Below, in pieces: positions 37,737 through 47,894 of a stretch of DNA of 52,863 nucleotides. The DNA comes from Acidobacteriota bacterium (GTDB lineage: Bacteria > Acidobacteriota > Vicinamibacteria > Vicinamibacterales > Fen-181): assembly GCA_025363775.1 (NCBI GenBank), contig JANYLG010000066.1:1-52863 (forward strand), given 5' to 3'. The translations under genes and the position numbers were made by a program. Every line of letters begins with the position of its first letter. The first letter of the stretch is position 1. Below the pieces are notes generated by a model. The model was not told where the DNA came from. It made no database searches and worked only from the letters and a program-made list of their open reading frames with translations.

Positions 37737-38879
37737 GACCGCCCGATAAATTCGGTAGTAATTTGCCGCCACGGCTTTCGGCCTGAACTCGCGTTCCAGC
37801 ATGTCGCTGGTGGCGCCACGCGTACGTCGCGGCTTTGTGAGCGCGGCGATCACCGCATCCGCCAGGGCACCTGGGCTCTCGCGAGGCACCACATCGACGT
37901 CGTCTCCGAACAGCCCGTGAAGTTCGACACCACCGGGATTGTCGCTGGAAATGACCGGTGTGCCGCAGGCCAGCGCCTCGAGCGCCACGGTCGGGCACGC
38001 CTCGAGCAGCGACGGCAGCACGAACAGATCGGCGGCACGGTTGTACACCGCCACGGTCGCGTTGTCCACGAGGCCGGCGAATCGAACGTGCCGCTCGACG
38101 CCAAGGCGGCGGGCCGTCGCCGCCAACTCCTCGGTCAGCGTTCCCGTTCCGCACACCACCAGCGTCGTGTCGGGATGCGCCGCGACGATCGCCGGCATGG
38201 CCTCGATCAGGAACCGTTGTCCCGCCAGTGGGTGAAGCCGTTTGACGTTCAGCAGCAGGTGGCGGGCCGTGATCCCCAGCTGCGCCCTTGCCGCCCGCTG
38301 ACTGTCGCGATCCGCAGCCAGGAATTCGTTGGCGATCGGAGGATAGACGACGTGAAGGCCGGGACGATCGAGGCCGAGTTCGACCGCAAAGTCGAGGAGG
38401 CCGCGGCTGTAGAACGTGACGGCGGACGCCGACCGATAGGCGGCCGTGAAGAGGTCGGGGCCGAATCGCCGGGGCCGGTAGTGCCAGATTTCGGTGCCGT
38501 AGAGCGTCAGCACAACCGGTTTTCCAGCGCGAACGGCGAGCTTCGCGCAGTACTCGGCGAGCAGCCCGTTGCTGTGTACGTGTACCAGGTCGGCGCTGGC
38601 AATGAGCGGGGCCGCGATCCTGCCGATTCGCCAGGCGGCCGCGGCGCTGCCGATCTTCAGTGCGCGCACCACCCTGTTTTCCGCCCGGTAGGACGGCACG
38701 AACGTGACGGGCCCAGGCAGGGCGGGCGCAGCCGCGCGGATGGGCGCCAGGCGCGGCGGATGCGCAATGAAGACCGGATCGTCGCCGGCCTCGCGCGCAA
38801 AGCACCCCAGGTGGAACGGCAGCAGGGCGTTGGCCGCCTGGTCGGGTGGCAGGTGCGGTGTGACGTGACAGATACGCAC
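37710..38879 (-). CDS. Glycosyltransferase family 4 (GT-B)
   Basis: DLVHVH, KRLHPLAG and ADLFVLPSLLEACPTVALEALACGTPVI. Confidence 0.93.
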   Translation of the reverse strand: MRICHVTPHLPPDQAANALLPFHLGCFAREAGDDPVFIAHPPRLAPIRAAAPALPGPVTFVPSYRAENRVVRALKIGSAAAAWRIGRIAAPLIASADLVHVHSNGLLAEYCAKLAVRAGKPVVLTLYGTEIWHYRPRRFGPDLFTAAYRSASAVTFYSRGLLDFAVELGLDRPGLHVVYPPIANEFLAADRDSQRAARAQLGITARHLLLNVKRLHPLAGQRFLIEAMPAIVAAHPDTTLVVCGTGTLTEELAATARRLGVERHVRFAGLVDNATVAVYNRAADLFVLPSLLEACPTVALEALACGTPVISSDNPGGVELHGLFGDDVDVVPRESPGALADAVIAALTKPRRTRGATSDMLEREFRPKAVAANYYRIYRAVTDLKARAI

Positions 38880-38886
38880 GAAGGCC

Positions 38887-39846
38887 TCAGGCGCTCAGGA
38901 ACCTTGCGCGGAACTCCGCGAACGTCACAGGCGTCGCGCCAAGCTCCGACACGGCAAACGCGAGGAACCGATCCAGACGATCGAGAAACGCGTCGAGTTC
39001 GCGTTCGGTCCGATTATAGGGGCTACCCCCGACGATCGCTTCGCTCGAGTGGAAGAGCAGGTTGAGCAGCGGCACCTGGTCGGCCGCCAGCCGACGCGCC
39101 AGCAGCTTCATGTCCTCGAGCGATGAATACGACGGTCGCAGCCACAGCATCCGGGCGAGCCCGAGCTTCCTCAGGATGCGCTTGGTCGTGTAGTTCCAGG
39201 GTGCCCGCGCATACCGGTACTGGAGCCACGCCGGGTAGCGTCGATGGAGCGCAGCGGACACCGGCAGTTCCAGCAGTTGGCTCGTGCCCGGCCTGCAGGC
39301 ATCGTCGTACGACAGGAAATACGGCTGGACCGGGGCCTCGACGAACTCCGGGCCGCCCTTGTGAGTCTCGTAGAACAGGGGGGCGATGCTCGACTCGACC
39401 AGGTAGCCGGCGCGCTCGAGCGCCGACACGTGCGAGGTCGAGAACCCGAAGCGCCCGGAGCGATAGGACGTCGGACGGGCGCCGACGGCGGCGTCGATCG
39501 CGTCGGTCAGCGACGCGAGTTGACGCGCGAAGCGTTCCGGGGGGAGCGCCAGCGCGTAGGTGTGCCGGCTGACGTCGTCGGGCTCAAAGGGCGGCGTCTC
39601 CCACGCGTGGTGGTGAGCGCCTATCTCGCAGCCGCCCTGCTCGCGCAGCGCACGGAGTGTCTCGGCAGACCGGGGATCGGACACCACCGGGTGTGTGACC
39701 AGGTAGGTCGGCCGGATCTTCCGTCTCGCGAACACCGCGTGCAGCGCGGGCAGCGCGTAGATGTTCTCGAACGTCTGGTTCGCGCGCGACGCCTCGTCCC
39801 ACTGGTTGTCGCCCTCGGTGTCGATGCCGACGAGGAGATAAGGCAT
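38887..39846 (-). CDS. Polysaccharide deacetylase-like protein (WalW type)
   Basis: IDTEGD, EIGAHHHAW, SYRSGRFG, WLRP and FHSSE. Confidence 0.82.
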   Translation of the reverse strand: MPYLLVGIDTEGDNQWDEASRANQTFENIYALPALHAVFARRKIRPTYLVTHPVVSDPRSAETLRALREQGGCEIGAHHHAWETPPFEPDDVSRHTYALALPPERFARQLASLTDAIDAAVGARPTSYRSGRFGFSTSHVSALERAGYLVESSIAPLFYETHKGGPEFVEAPVQPYFLSYDDACRPGTSQLLELPVSAALHRRYPAWLQYRYARAPWNYTTKRILRKLGLARMLWLRPSYSSLEDMKLLARRLAADQVPLLNLLFHSSEAIVGGSPYNRTERELDAFLDRLDRFLAFAVSELGATPVTFAEFRARFLSA

Positions 39847-40890
39847 CTACCGGTCCTGGTCGGAATCGCCAAGCGTGAAGTGCCAGTCGTCCGTGTGATC
39901 GTAGAAGCCGGACGGCACGGGCACGGCGTTCACCTTGATCGTGAACTCCAGCGTGGACTTCACGGGGAAATATCCCGAGCGGCGAAAGAGCGTGCGGAAG
40001 CCGGCGTGCATCGAGAACAGGCGCACCTTGTCCGAGTCCGCGGCGCGCGCTTCGCGATCCACCCAGCGCAGCAGCGTTTCCAGGCCAACCGCGTCGGCGG
40101 GATCGACGAGGTAGTCCACCAGGATGGTGACCCGACCCCGCGGTTCCTGCACGTGACGGTAGACGGCATAGCCGCCGATGGTCTCGTCACGTTTGAGCGC
40201 CACGATCGAATAGCGCACGTGCGGCGGCTCGACGTATTTCCAGTTGAGGTACGCCGCGTCCCGCCTGACCGCAAGTCCGAAGGACGGTCCGACCCGTGCC
40301 CAGAGCCTGGTGAAGCGGTCGTCGAAATGGCGGACCGGCTCGACCTGCGCGTGAAGAGGCTTGTTCCTGGAGATGAAGCGGACGTATGGGTAGGTGATCG
40401 CCGACACCAGGCGGTTGAGCGGCATCGGCCAGTTCGACCGTCGGACGGCGCGCCGCGTGAGCGGCTTCACGAAGCAGGGGACCGGCCCCACCTCGGGCCA
40501 CTTCAGCTTCTTGAACAGGCGGTGCGAGGAGGCCGAGAGGCCAAGGCCGAGCGATGCGCCGACGTGCTGATCCCAGGTGCGAAACAGCACCTCGCCGATC
40601 CCCTGCCGCTGACGCTCTGGCGCCACCATGACGTCCATGCCCCACGATCCCGCGACGTCCTGGCCCGTCAACGTGAGCCGCACCGGCATCGTGGCGTACT
40701 GGCCGATGATCGTCGGCCCTTCCCTGGCCAGCCAGATTTGCGGTCCGCCCGGAGGGTTGTTCGGGTTCTGGAGGTACTGCCAGTTCCAGCGCAACTGACT
40801 GGCGTTGGCCGCGTCGTGTCCGAACACCCGGCGATACAGGGTGTCGATGGCGCGGCGGTCCTCGAGGCGAAAGCGAACGATGTCGGCCAT
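39847..40890 (-). CDS. GNAT family acyltransferase
   Basis: WQYLQNP, acetyl-CoA motif VAPERQRQGIG, RDAAYLNWKY and C-terminal GDSD. Confidence 0.82.
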   Translation of the reverse strand: MADIVRFRLEDRRAIDTLYRRVFGHDAANASQLRWNWQYLQNPNNPPGGPQIWLAREGPTIIGQYATMPVRLTLTGQDVAGSWGMDVMVAPERQRQGIGEVLFRTWDQHVGASLGLGLSASSHRLFKKLKWPEVGPVPCFVKPLTRRAVRRSNWPMPLNRLVSAITYPYVRFISRNKPLHAQVEPVRHFDDRFTRLWARVGPSFGLAVRRDAAYLNWKYVEPPHVRYSIVALKRDETIGGYAVYRHVQEPRGRVTILVDYLVDPADAVGLETLLRWVDREARAADSDKVRLFSMHAGFRTLFRRSGYFPVKSTLEFTIKVNAVPVPSGFYDHTDDWHFTLGDSDQDR

Positions 40891-40894
40891 GATA

Positions 40895-41755
40895 CTACCG
40901 GGTCCGGTCCGGTGCCGCGTCGTCGATCCGGAGAACGTATTCCACCGCTCCGACCACCACGTCCTGCGTCAGCCGGCTGTCGCGCAGCCACCTGGCGATA
41001 GGGCCGGGCAGCCGGCGAAAGGTGCGCGTCTGGTGCAGGTTCTCGCGGAGAATCTCGAATCCCGCGTCGAGAATCCGCGTCCGCATCCGGTGGATTCTCA
41101 CCCTCTCGAGCAGGTCGTCGTGCTTCACCGTGCCCTGCCTGGCGGCCTTGATGAACGTGTTCTCGTGCTCCGGTTCCCGCAGCGTCCAGGGCGCGTGGCG
41201 CGCGAGCGCGCGAAACGTGGCAAATGCGGCGCGTCGTCCGAGCAGCAGGTGCAGCGGCACGGGCACTTTCAGCCGCGGCAGGTGAGCGCCGGCGAACGAC
41301 AGGTAGGGCGACGTCGAGAGGTACATGCGGCCGCCCGACTTCAGCACGCGGCGGCACTCGCGCAAATACCGGGCGGCGTCGGCCACGTGCTCGATGACCG
41401 CATGAGACAGCACGAGGTCGAACGCCCTGTCGGGAAAAGGCAGCCACATGCCGTTGGCGACGGCGAACGAGACGTTGCGGACGCCGCGCTCGGCGGCCAG
41501 CCTCGTGCCCGCGTCCCTGAACCTCGGCGTCAGGTCGATCGCGGTCAGCGATTCCGCCTCTTCCGCGAACGACACCGGCATGCCCCCGCCGCCGCAGCCC
41601 GCATCGAGAATTCGCCCTGTCATCGACACGCCGGCCTGCTCGAGGTATGCCAGGACCTTCGCGCTCCGGTAGTACTCGAACAGCGCGTAGTCGTACTCCG
41701 ACCGGAACCGGAGGTCGGAATGGCGTTTGATGGCCGAATCGTCGATCTGTCGCAA
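40895..41755 (-). CDS. Class I SAM-dependent methyltransferase
   Basis: ILDAGCGGG, LPFPDRAFDLV, VIEHV and RVLKSGG; TTG start is uncertain. Confidence 0.9.
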   Translation of the reverse strand: MRQIDDSAIKRHSDLRFRSEYDYALFEYYRSAKVLAYLEQAGVSMTGRILDAGCGGGGMPVSFAEEAESLTAIDLTPRFRDAGTRLAAERGVRNVSFAVANGMWLPFPDRAFDLVLSHAVIEHVADAARYLRECRRVLKSGGRMYLSTSPYLSFAGAHLPRLKVPVPLHLLLGRRAAFATFRALARHAPWTLREPEHENTFIKAARQGTVKHDDLLERVRIHRMRTRILDAGFEILRENLHQTRTFRRLPGPIARWLRDSRLTQDVVVGAVEYVLRIDDAAPDRTR

Positions 41756-41831
41756 GGGAAGTCTACTGCTCCAAAAGGGTCATTGTAGCCCACCGGAAGT
41801 CTTGCGCGGGCGTCGAGGCGCGAGGTCCCGG

Positions 41832-43625
41832 TCACTTCCCGTCGGGGTACTTGTCGATCAACGCCGCCAGGTCCCGCCCGCCCGGGCTCTCCGCCACATC
41901 GAACTCCCGGACGATCTTCCAACCGGGGCAGGCGGCGAGGACGTCCTTGATGACAGGTCCTTCGTAGCCAATCGCAGGATGCACGTAGGTGAGGAGGTAC
42001 CGGATGTCACGGCGGGTCGTTCGATCGGCGTAGTTGCCGAAGCCGCGGCCGACGAACCACGGCGTGATCCGGCTCTCCAGGGCCAGGCCGTTCGCCAGCT
42101 TGCCGTGAACGACCGTCCCTGGCGGCAGCCACCGGGCCACGGCCAGCATGGCGTCGTAGTTCTTGTACGTCCTGATTGCCGCAAAGCGCGAGAACTGCCA
42201 CAGGTCGGCTCCGAGGAGCACGGCGAGGGCCACGAGGCCCGCGGTCGCGCTCCAGCGGATCTGCGAGAGCCGGCTGGGCAGCCGCGGCCAGGTGGCGTAG
42301 GCGGCCAGGCCGACGAGGGCAGCGATGGCGGCGGACCAGCGGACGGCCGGTTGAAAGACCCCGGAGTGGATCTCCGGGAGGAACCGAAGGCGGACCGCCG
42401 CGCCGGACATCAGGTACAAGCACGCGAAGACGACCGGGGCCGCTGCGAGCGCGCGCAGGACGCTCGTGCGTGCGGCGTTCTCGTCGAGCAACCGGCGGTC
42501 GCGCGCGATCGCGAGCGCGGCCAGCGCCACGAGGGCGGGGACCAGGAACACCAGGCGGCGCTCGTTGCCGACGTCGTGCAGGACGAGCTCGGTCACGCCG
42601 AGCGCCACCCAGAACAGCAGCAGGCGCTCGGCTGGCGCCACCCTGCGCCACCGGAAGAAGAGCCCCAGGCCGCTGCCGACCGCCAGAAGGGTGACGACCC
42701 ACATCCTCGTGAAGAAATCGTGGATGACCGGGAACCAGGTGGCGCGGTCCACGAGGGCCTTCAGCGTGTAAGCCGGCTTGCGCGTGACCGAGATCTGCCA
42801 GTTGTAGAACCGGTAGTCCTGCCAGTGTGGGGCGATGAAGATGACGAGACTCAGGACGCCCGTGACGGCCAGCCCAAGCAGCGTGAGCCAGGCGCCGCGC
42901 GACGGTTGGCGATCCTGCGGCCTGTCCGCCTGTCGAGCGCCTCCCGCGAGCACGATCGACAGCAGCGCATCGATCGCGAGGGCCGGCAGGAAGAACACCG
43001 CGGACGCCTTGGTGAAGTACGCGAGGATGGCGGCCACACCCGCGGCCACGCCCCACCGTGGCGACTCCGCAGCCCGGCCGTAGCAGTACCACGACGCCAC
43101 GATCAGCGACACCATCGTCGCTTCCATCAGCGCCGCGCGGTCGTAGGTGACCGAGACGAAATTGGTGGCGAGCAACCCTGCCGCGACGAGCCCGGCGAGG
43201 CGGCCTCCGATACGAGCGACGCCGAGGCCGAGCAACAGGACGGCCAGCACACCCATCAACTGGGACACCAGGCGCGCCTGCCAGAGGCCGACACCGAATG
43301 CCCGGAAGCTGATGTACTCCAGCCCGGTGAGCACCGGCGTGATGTACATCGGGTTCCACTGGTCCCCATCCACCTGCCAACTGCCGGCCAGCGCGCGGTT
43401 TCTCGCGTTGTGCACCCAGGCCCCCTCGTCGTGCCAGACGACGCCCGGGCTCGAGAACCACGGCGGGTCCGCGAGCGGGAAGACCGTGCGAACCGTGGTC
43501 GCCAGCAGGACAACAGCCGCCAGGATGATGGCAAACCGCCAGGCCGACATCTCCGGCTTCATCGCCGTTGCGGCGACGTGTCCCAGGCCCGCGGATGTAC
43601 CGCGCAGAGTGACGTCCCCGGTCAT
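41832..43625 (-). CDS. ArnT/PMT-like (GT-C) glycosyltransferase
   Basis: WHDEG after TM1, ARLVS, ALME, FTK and ERR; many TM segments; ATGA overlap with the upstream gene. Confidence 0.8.
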   Translation of the reverse strand: MTGDVTLRGTSAGLGHVAATAMKPEMSAWRFAIILAAVVLLATTVRTVFPLADPPWFSSPGVVWHDEGAWVHNARNRALAGSWQVDGDQWNPMYITPVLTGLEYISFRAFGVGLWQARLVSQLMGVLAVLLLGLGVARIGGRLAGLVAAGLLATNFVSVTYDRAALMEATMVSLIVASWYCYGRAAESPRWGVAAGVAAILAYFTKASAVFFLPALAIDALLSIVLAGGARQADRPQDRQPSRGAWLTLLGLAVTGVLSLVIFIAPHWQDYRFYNWQISVTRKPAYTLKALVDRATWFPVIHDFFTRMWVVTLLAVGSGLGLFFRWRRVAPAERLLLFWVALGVTELVLHDVGNERRLVFLVPALVALAALAIARDRRLLDENAARTSVLRALAAAPVVFACLYLMSGAAVRLRFLPEIHSGVFQPAVRWSAAIAALVGLAAYATWPRLPSRLSQIRWSATAGLVALAVLLGADLWQFSRFAAIRTYKNYDAMLAVARWLPPGTVVHGKLANGLALESRITPWFVGRGFGNYADRTTRRDIRYLLTYVHPAIGYEGPVIKDVLAACPGWKIVREFDVAESPGGRDLAALIDKYPDGK

Positions 43626-45232
43626 GGCAAGTCCCGCCGTTTCCAGATGAAGTACGTCCCGGTGTCGGCTTCCTGCCGGTACCCTTCGGTGAGCCATCCC
43701 TGCAGGGACGGCTGGCGCGAGAACCACGTGGCCGAGTCGATGCCCTCAGCCGGCCAGTCGCGTTGCTGCAGAACCACGACAGCCGGGTGCCACTTCTTCA
43801 GTTCATCCAGGAAGGCGCCGACGCCGTATCCTGGTTTCCCCTCGTTGAAACCCACCAGCAGCGGGCGGCTCCAGAAGAAGCGCGAGGCGCTCTGCCGGTC
43901 GGCGCGCACGAGCGCGCCTGGCGAGAAGCCGAGCACGAGGACCCGGTCGAGCGGTCCCGTTTCCGCTCTCAGCCTGTCACCCAGCTGGGTAGAGGCCAGC
44001 GCAGAGAACTTGTCCGTCGGTCGCTGGCCGCCGAACTTCGACAGGTATTGCTCGCGCGGCGTCTGCCCGCGCAGGTAATCGAGGTCGTAGGTTGTGCTGG
44101 CCGCCCACTTGTCGAACTGATTGACGCGCGCGACGCCAATCGCCAGGAGCACGAAGAGGCCGGCGCGAGACAGCGGACCGAGCACGCGCCACGCGATGGC
44201 GCTGGCGGTTCCTGCTGCCAGCGCCAGGGCCGGCCCGGCCTGGACGAAGTACTGCGGCAGGTCGCGGCTGCCGTTGATGGCGATCGACACGCAGGCGGCA
44301 GCCACCCACGCCGGGGCGACGGCCAGCTGGCGTTGCCTGACCGAGGCCACGACCAGCGCGGCGCAGCCGATGCCGCCCACGAACCAGAGCGCGTCCACCT
44401 GTGCGTGCCGCAGTGGGAACGTCACCAGGTAACGCGCAACACCCCAGGCTCCAGCGTAGGTTTCGCCCGAATAGCGCAGGTTGTAGACGAAGGTGGCCTG
44501 GAAGAGATCGCCGAGCGCGTGGTGCGCCGCAAACCACCACGCGACGGCGCCGATCACCACGACGAAGCCGAGCGCGAGCGCGGGAGCCTGCCGCCAGAAT
44601 ACACGCGCGCCCCGGTTCCGCGGGTCGAACGACGCGTCACGCCGGACGCCGACCAGGTAGACGAGCACCCCCGGGACCACGTAGATTCCCGCGTTGTACT
44701 TGTAGACGAACGCGGCGCCGAAGAGCGCACCGGCCAGCACGCTCCATCCGAGCGCCGCCCACTCGCGCCCCCGTTCGCTGGCCGCCGCCGTGGCGGCAAA
44801 CGCGGCAAGGAGTGCCGTCGTGACGACCAGGGCGATGAACGTCTCCGTCTGGCTGCGAACCCAGAGACCGCCAAGCCGCTGGAACGAGGGATCGCCAAGC
44901 AGGAGGAACAGGAGCGCTGCCGCTTCGCCAGCCCCGCGTCGGCCGGTGATGCGCCAGCCGAGCAGGACGAGGAGGCCGGCGACCAGTGCGGCGACCGCGA
45001 GGTCGGTGGTCGCCACGACCGACTCGTTCCGCCAGAGACCGAGCATCGCGGCGTAGGTGAAGTGAATCCCCGGCGGTTTCTGATCCCACGCATCGCGGTA
45101 CGGCACCTCGCCCTTCAGGATCGACTGCCCCACGTAGGCATAGATCCCCTGGTCACCGCCGGCCGGCTGGACCACGGACGGCAGGCGGACGAGCAGCAGC
45201 GCGACCGCGAGGATCGCGAACGACCATCTCAT
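43622..45232 (-). CDS. ArnT/PMT-like (GT-C) glycosyltransferase
   Basis: Start MRWSFAIL; DQGIYAY, PYRDAWDQKPPG, QTETF and PQYF; many TM segments. Confidence 0.8.
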   Translation of the reverse strand: MRWSFAILAVALLLVRLPSVVQPAGGDQGIYAYVGQSILKGEVPYRDAWDQKPPGIHFTYAAMLGLWRNESVVATTDLAVAALVAGLLVLLGWRITGRRGAGEAAALLFLLLGDPSFQRLGGLWVRSQTETFIALVVTTALLAAFAATAAASERGREWAALGWSVLAGALFGAAFVYKYNAGIYVVPGVLVYLVGVRRDASFDPRNRGARVFWRQAPALALGFVVVIGAVAWWFAAHHALGDLFQATFVYNLRYSGETYAGAWGVARYLVTFPLRHAQVDALWFVGGIGCAALVVASVRQRQLAVAPAWVAAACVSIAINGSRDLPQYFVQAGPALALAAGTASAIAWRVLGPLSRAGLFVLLAIGVARVNQFDKWAASTTYDLDYLRGQTPREQYLSKFGGQRPTDKFSALASTQLGDRLRAETGPLDRVLVLGFSPGALVRADRQSASRFFWSRPLLVGFNEGKPGYGVGAFLDELKKWHPAVVVLQQRDWPAEGIDSATWFSRQPSLQGWLTEGYRQEADTGTYFIWKRRDLP

Positions 45233-45302
45233 GCGAAATAACACTGGAGCAGGCGCGCCGAATCGGCCACAATGCGGGGAAGTGTACCATAGCGCGGGCA
45301 CC

Positions 45303-46085
45303 GTGACCGACCGTTGCGACCTCTCGATCGTCGTCCCCACGTACAACGAGCGCGAACGCCTTGGCGAACTCGTGACTTCGGTGGCGAGCGTGTTTTCAGC
45401 CCATCGGATCGTGGGCGAAATCGTCGTCGTGGACGACAACTCCCCGGACGGGACCGGGAGGATCGCGGACGAACTGGCGACGCGGTATCCTCTCCAGGTC
45501 GTTCACCGGCAGGGAAAGCTCGGGCTTGGCAGCGCGGTCATCGAGGGGTTTGGGCAGGCGCGGGGAGCGATGCTCGGCGTGATGGACGCCGACCTGAGCC
45601 ACCCGCCATCGGTGCTGCCGGGAATGCTGGCCGCCCTGCGTGCGCTCGACGTGGACGTCGTGGTCGGGAGCCGCTACATTCCAGGTGGAGCGTCGAAGAA
45701 CTGGCCGTTGATTCGGTTGGCGATGTCGCGGTTCGCATGCGTGCTGGCCTGGCCGCTGACGCCCGTTCGCGATGCCACGTCCGGTCTGTTTCTCGTCAAG
45801 CGTGAAGCAATCGAGGGCGTGAAGATCTCCGCCGCCGGCTTCAAGATCTGCCTCGAGTTGCTCACGCGCAGCCGGATCGCCTCAATCGCCGAAATCCCGT
45901 ACGTTTTCGCCGATCGCGTCGCTGGACGGAGCAAGATGACGCTGCGCGAGGCCCTTGGCTATTTCGTGCAGTTGCGCGATCTCTACGGGGTGACATTCAA
46001 GGGACGCACGCCGCGCGCCGCCTACCGGCGCGTGTCGGAGGACGAACTCCAGCGGCTGATCCGCATCGCCTTCCCCGGGCGTTAA
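45303..46085 (+). CDS. Polyprenol-phosphate glycosyltransferase (GT2, DPM1-like)
   Basis: SIVVPTYNE, VDDNSPDGTG, MDADLSHPP, VGSRY, GFKICLE and GRSKM; GTG 45303 is the likely start. Confidence 0.92.
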   Translation: MTDRCDLSIVVPTYNERERLGELVTSVASVFSAHRIVGEIVVVDDNSPDGTGRIADELATRYPLQVVHRQGKLGLGSAVIEGFGQARGAMLGVMDADLSHPPSVLPGMLAALRALDVDVVVGSRYIPGGASKNWPLIRLAMSRFACVLAWPLTPVRDATSGLFLVKREAIEGVKISAAGFKICLELLTRSRIASIAEIPYVFADRVAGRSKMTLREALGYFVQLRDLYGVTFKGRTPRAAYRRVSEDELQRLIRIAFPGR

Positions 46086-46227
46086 CGCGCTCCATGGGAT
46101 ACCGCGATTCGGAATCGTGGACGCGCGCCACTCACGTGGCACGCGCACTTGGCGCCGAGGACGGGTGGGGCTGCTCGCGGGCAGGCCCCACAGGCGCAGT
46201 CGCCGAAGGCGACGCCGAATCGCGGTT

Positions 46228-47718
46228 TCAGGTTTTGGGCGTCCCTGCCTTGGCCGCCGGGCCGGTCGGCCGCCGCTTCTCACCCATCAGCGTCTGCTTG
46301 ACGATCTTCCAGACCAGCGACTGGTTTGTCAGCAGCATCCGGCCGAGGTCTGGCAGGTGCCTCGCGAGGTAGCGCGGGCGAAGGAAGAAGCGCCGACGCG
46401 CCCGGCTCAGCGCGGCCATCACCACCTGCTCGTTGAGGCCGTTGCCGTCGAGCACGTAGTACGAGTATTCCATCTTCGTCCAATCGTCGGTGGTGAGCAG
46501 GCCATCACGGCGCGACTTTTCGAAGAGCGCGGTCCCAGGGTACGGAACCGCGGGGTAGAAATTGGCGAAATCGGCGTCGAGCTCGATGGCAAAGCGGGTC
46601 GTCTGCTCCATCGACTCGATGGTCTCGCCCGGGTATCCGTAGATGAAGAAGGCGAACGACTGGATGCCCGCCTCGCGAAGGTTGAGGAACGCCAGCTGGA
46701 TCTTCTGCCGCTCGAGCCGCTTCATCATATCCTTGCGGACCGCGTCAGAGTCTGACTCGATCCCCATCGACAGCATCCAGCAGCCCGATCGCTTCAGCCG
46801 CTTCACGAACTCCAGGTCCACGAGGTTGTCGGCGCGCGCGTTCGCGAACCAACGGACCTCGAGGTTCCGCGCAATCAACTCGTCGCAGAACGCGCTGAAC
46901 GTCTTCTCGTTCAACGTGACGGTGTCGCCCCAGAGATAGAAATACCTGATGCCGCGCTCGCGCTTCGCCCGCGCGATCTCGTCCACGAGAACCGACGGCT
47001 TGCGCTCGCGGAACTTGTGCCCGTGATGGAACGGGACGACACAGAAGTCGCACGAGTACGGGCAGCCGCGGCTGGTCTCGACCAGGATGTACGGCTGATT
47101 GACGAGCGGCAGCCTGTACCGGTCGAGAGGCAGCAGGTCCCACGCCGGGTACGGCATGTCGAGGAAGCCCGCGAACGTGCCCCTCCCCGTATTGGGCAGG
47201 ATCGCCCCGTTCTTGCGGAGCACAACTCCAGGAATTCCCCCCGCCCCGTCCAGCGACTCGAGCTGCGCGATAGCCAGCACCGCGTCCTCGGGTTCGCCAA
47301 CGATCATGGCGTCCACGTCAGGTGCGCGCTGCATCGACTCGATCGGCGCCGCCGAGGCGTGCGGGCCAAAACACACGAGGGGCGCGCCGAAGTGCCTCTT
47401 CAGCTTCGCCATCTCGCTCGTATCGAACTCGAGCGTTGGGGTGGTGCTGCAAAAGACGATGAGGCCGGGCCGGAATCCCTCCTGGTCGAGCCGCTCGATC
47501 ACCGACTCGGTGGACACCCGCTCGGCCGTCTGGTCGATCACCCGGAAGTCGACCTGGCAGGCGCGGAACAGCGAGGCGATCACCACCAGCGAGTAGGGCG
47601 GCTTGGTGGTGCCCAGGACCTCATCGCGCTCCTGGCAGCGCCCTTGCCGGGTGAACGCGACGCCGTTGACCAGCGGCGGGTTGATGAGCAGCGTTGTTCG
47701 ACCAATCATTGAATCCAT
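46228..47718 (-). CDS. B12-binding-domain radical SAM protein
   Basis: LINPP, GPHAS, VGEPE, SRGCPYSCDFC (CxxxCxxC), GIES, GYPGET and PYPGT. Confidence 0.9.
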   Translation of the reverse strand: MDSMIGRTTLLINPPLVNGVAFTRQGRCQERDEVLGTTKPPYSLVVIASLFRACQVDFRVIDQTAERVSTESVIERLDQEGFRPGLIVFCSTTPTLEFDTSEMAKLKRHFGAPLVCFGPHASAAPIESMQRAPDVDAMIVGEPEDAVLAIAQLESLDGAGGIPGVVLRKNGAILPNTGRGTFAGFLDMPYPAWDLLPLDRYRLPLVNQPYILVETSRGCPYSCDFCVVPFHHGHKFRERKPSVLVDEIARAKRERGIRYFYLWGDTVTLNEKTFSAFCDELIARNLEVRWFANARADNLVDLEFVKRLKRSGCWMLSMGIESDSDAVRKDMMKRLERQKIQLAFLNLREAGIQSFAFFIYGYPGETIESMEQTTRFAIELDADFANFYPAVPYPGTALFEKSRRDGLLTTDDWTKMEYSYYVLDGNGLNEQVVMAALSRARRRFFLRPRYLARHLPDLGRMLLTNQSLVWKIVKQTLMGEKRRPTGPAAKAGTPKT

Positions 47719-47745
47719 GCCCTGCTGGTGCCGGTCGGCACGTAT

Positions 47746-47887
47746 CAGCGGTCAGCTGGCAGCTGGCAGCCGGCAGCCGGCAGCCTTCCAACCGTCCCGC
47801 GCGACAGACTGACCACTAGCCACTGACCACTGAGAACGATTTCGTTGCCCGCTGCCCACTAGCCACTAGCAACTAGCCACTGACCAC
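47746..47887. repeat. Three heptamer tandem arrays
   Basis: (CAGCYGG)-type x5 at 47746-47785; CACTGAC/CACTAGC x4 at 47807-47834 and x4 at 47857-47887. Confidence 0.85.
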
Positions 47888-47894
47888 CCTCCTG

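Noticed and set aside
46101-46226. tRNA gene
   Set aside because: The branching is cloverleaf-like, but the length is wrong and there is no TTC T-loop, D-loop pattern or CCA end.
47746-47887. CRISPR array
   Set aside because: The units are 7-bp tandem repeats without unique spacers, and no cas genes are present.
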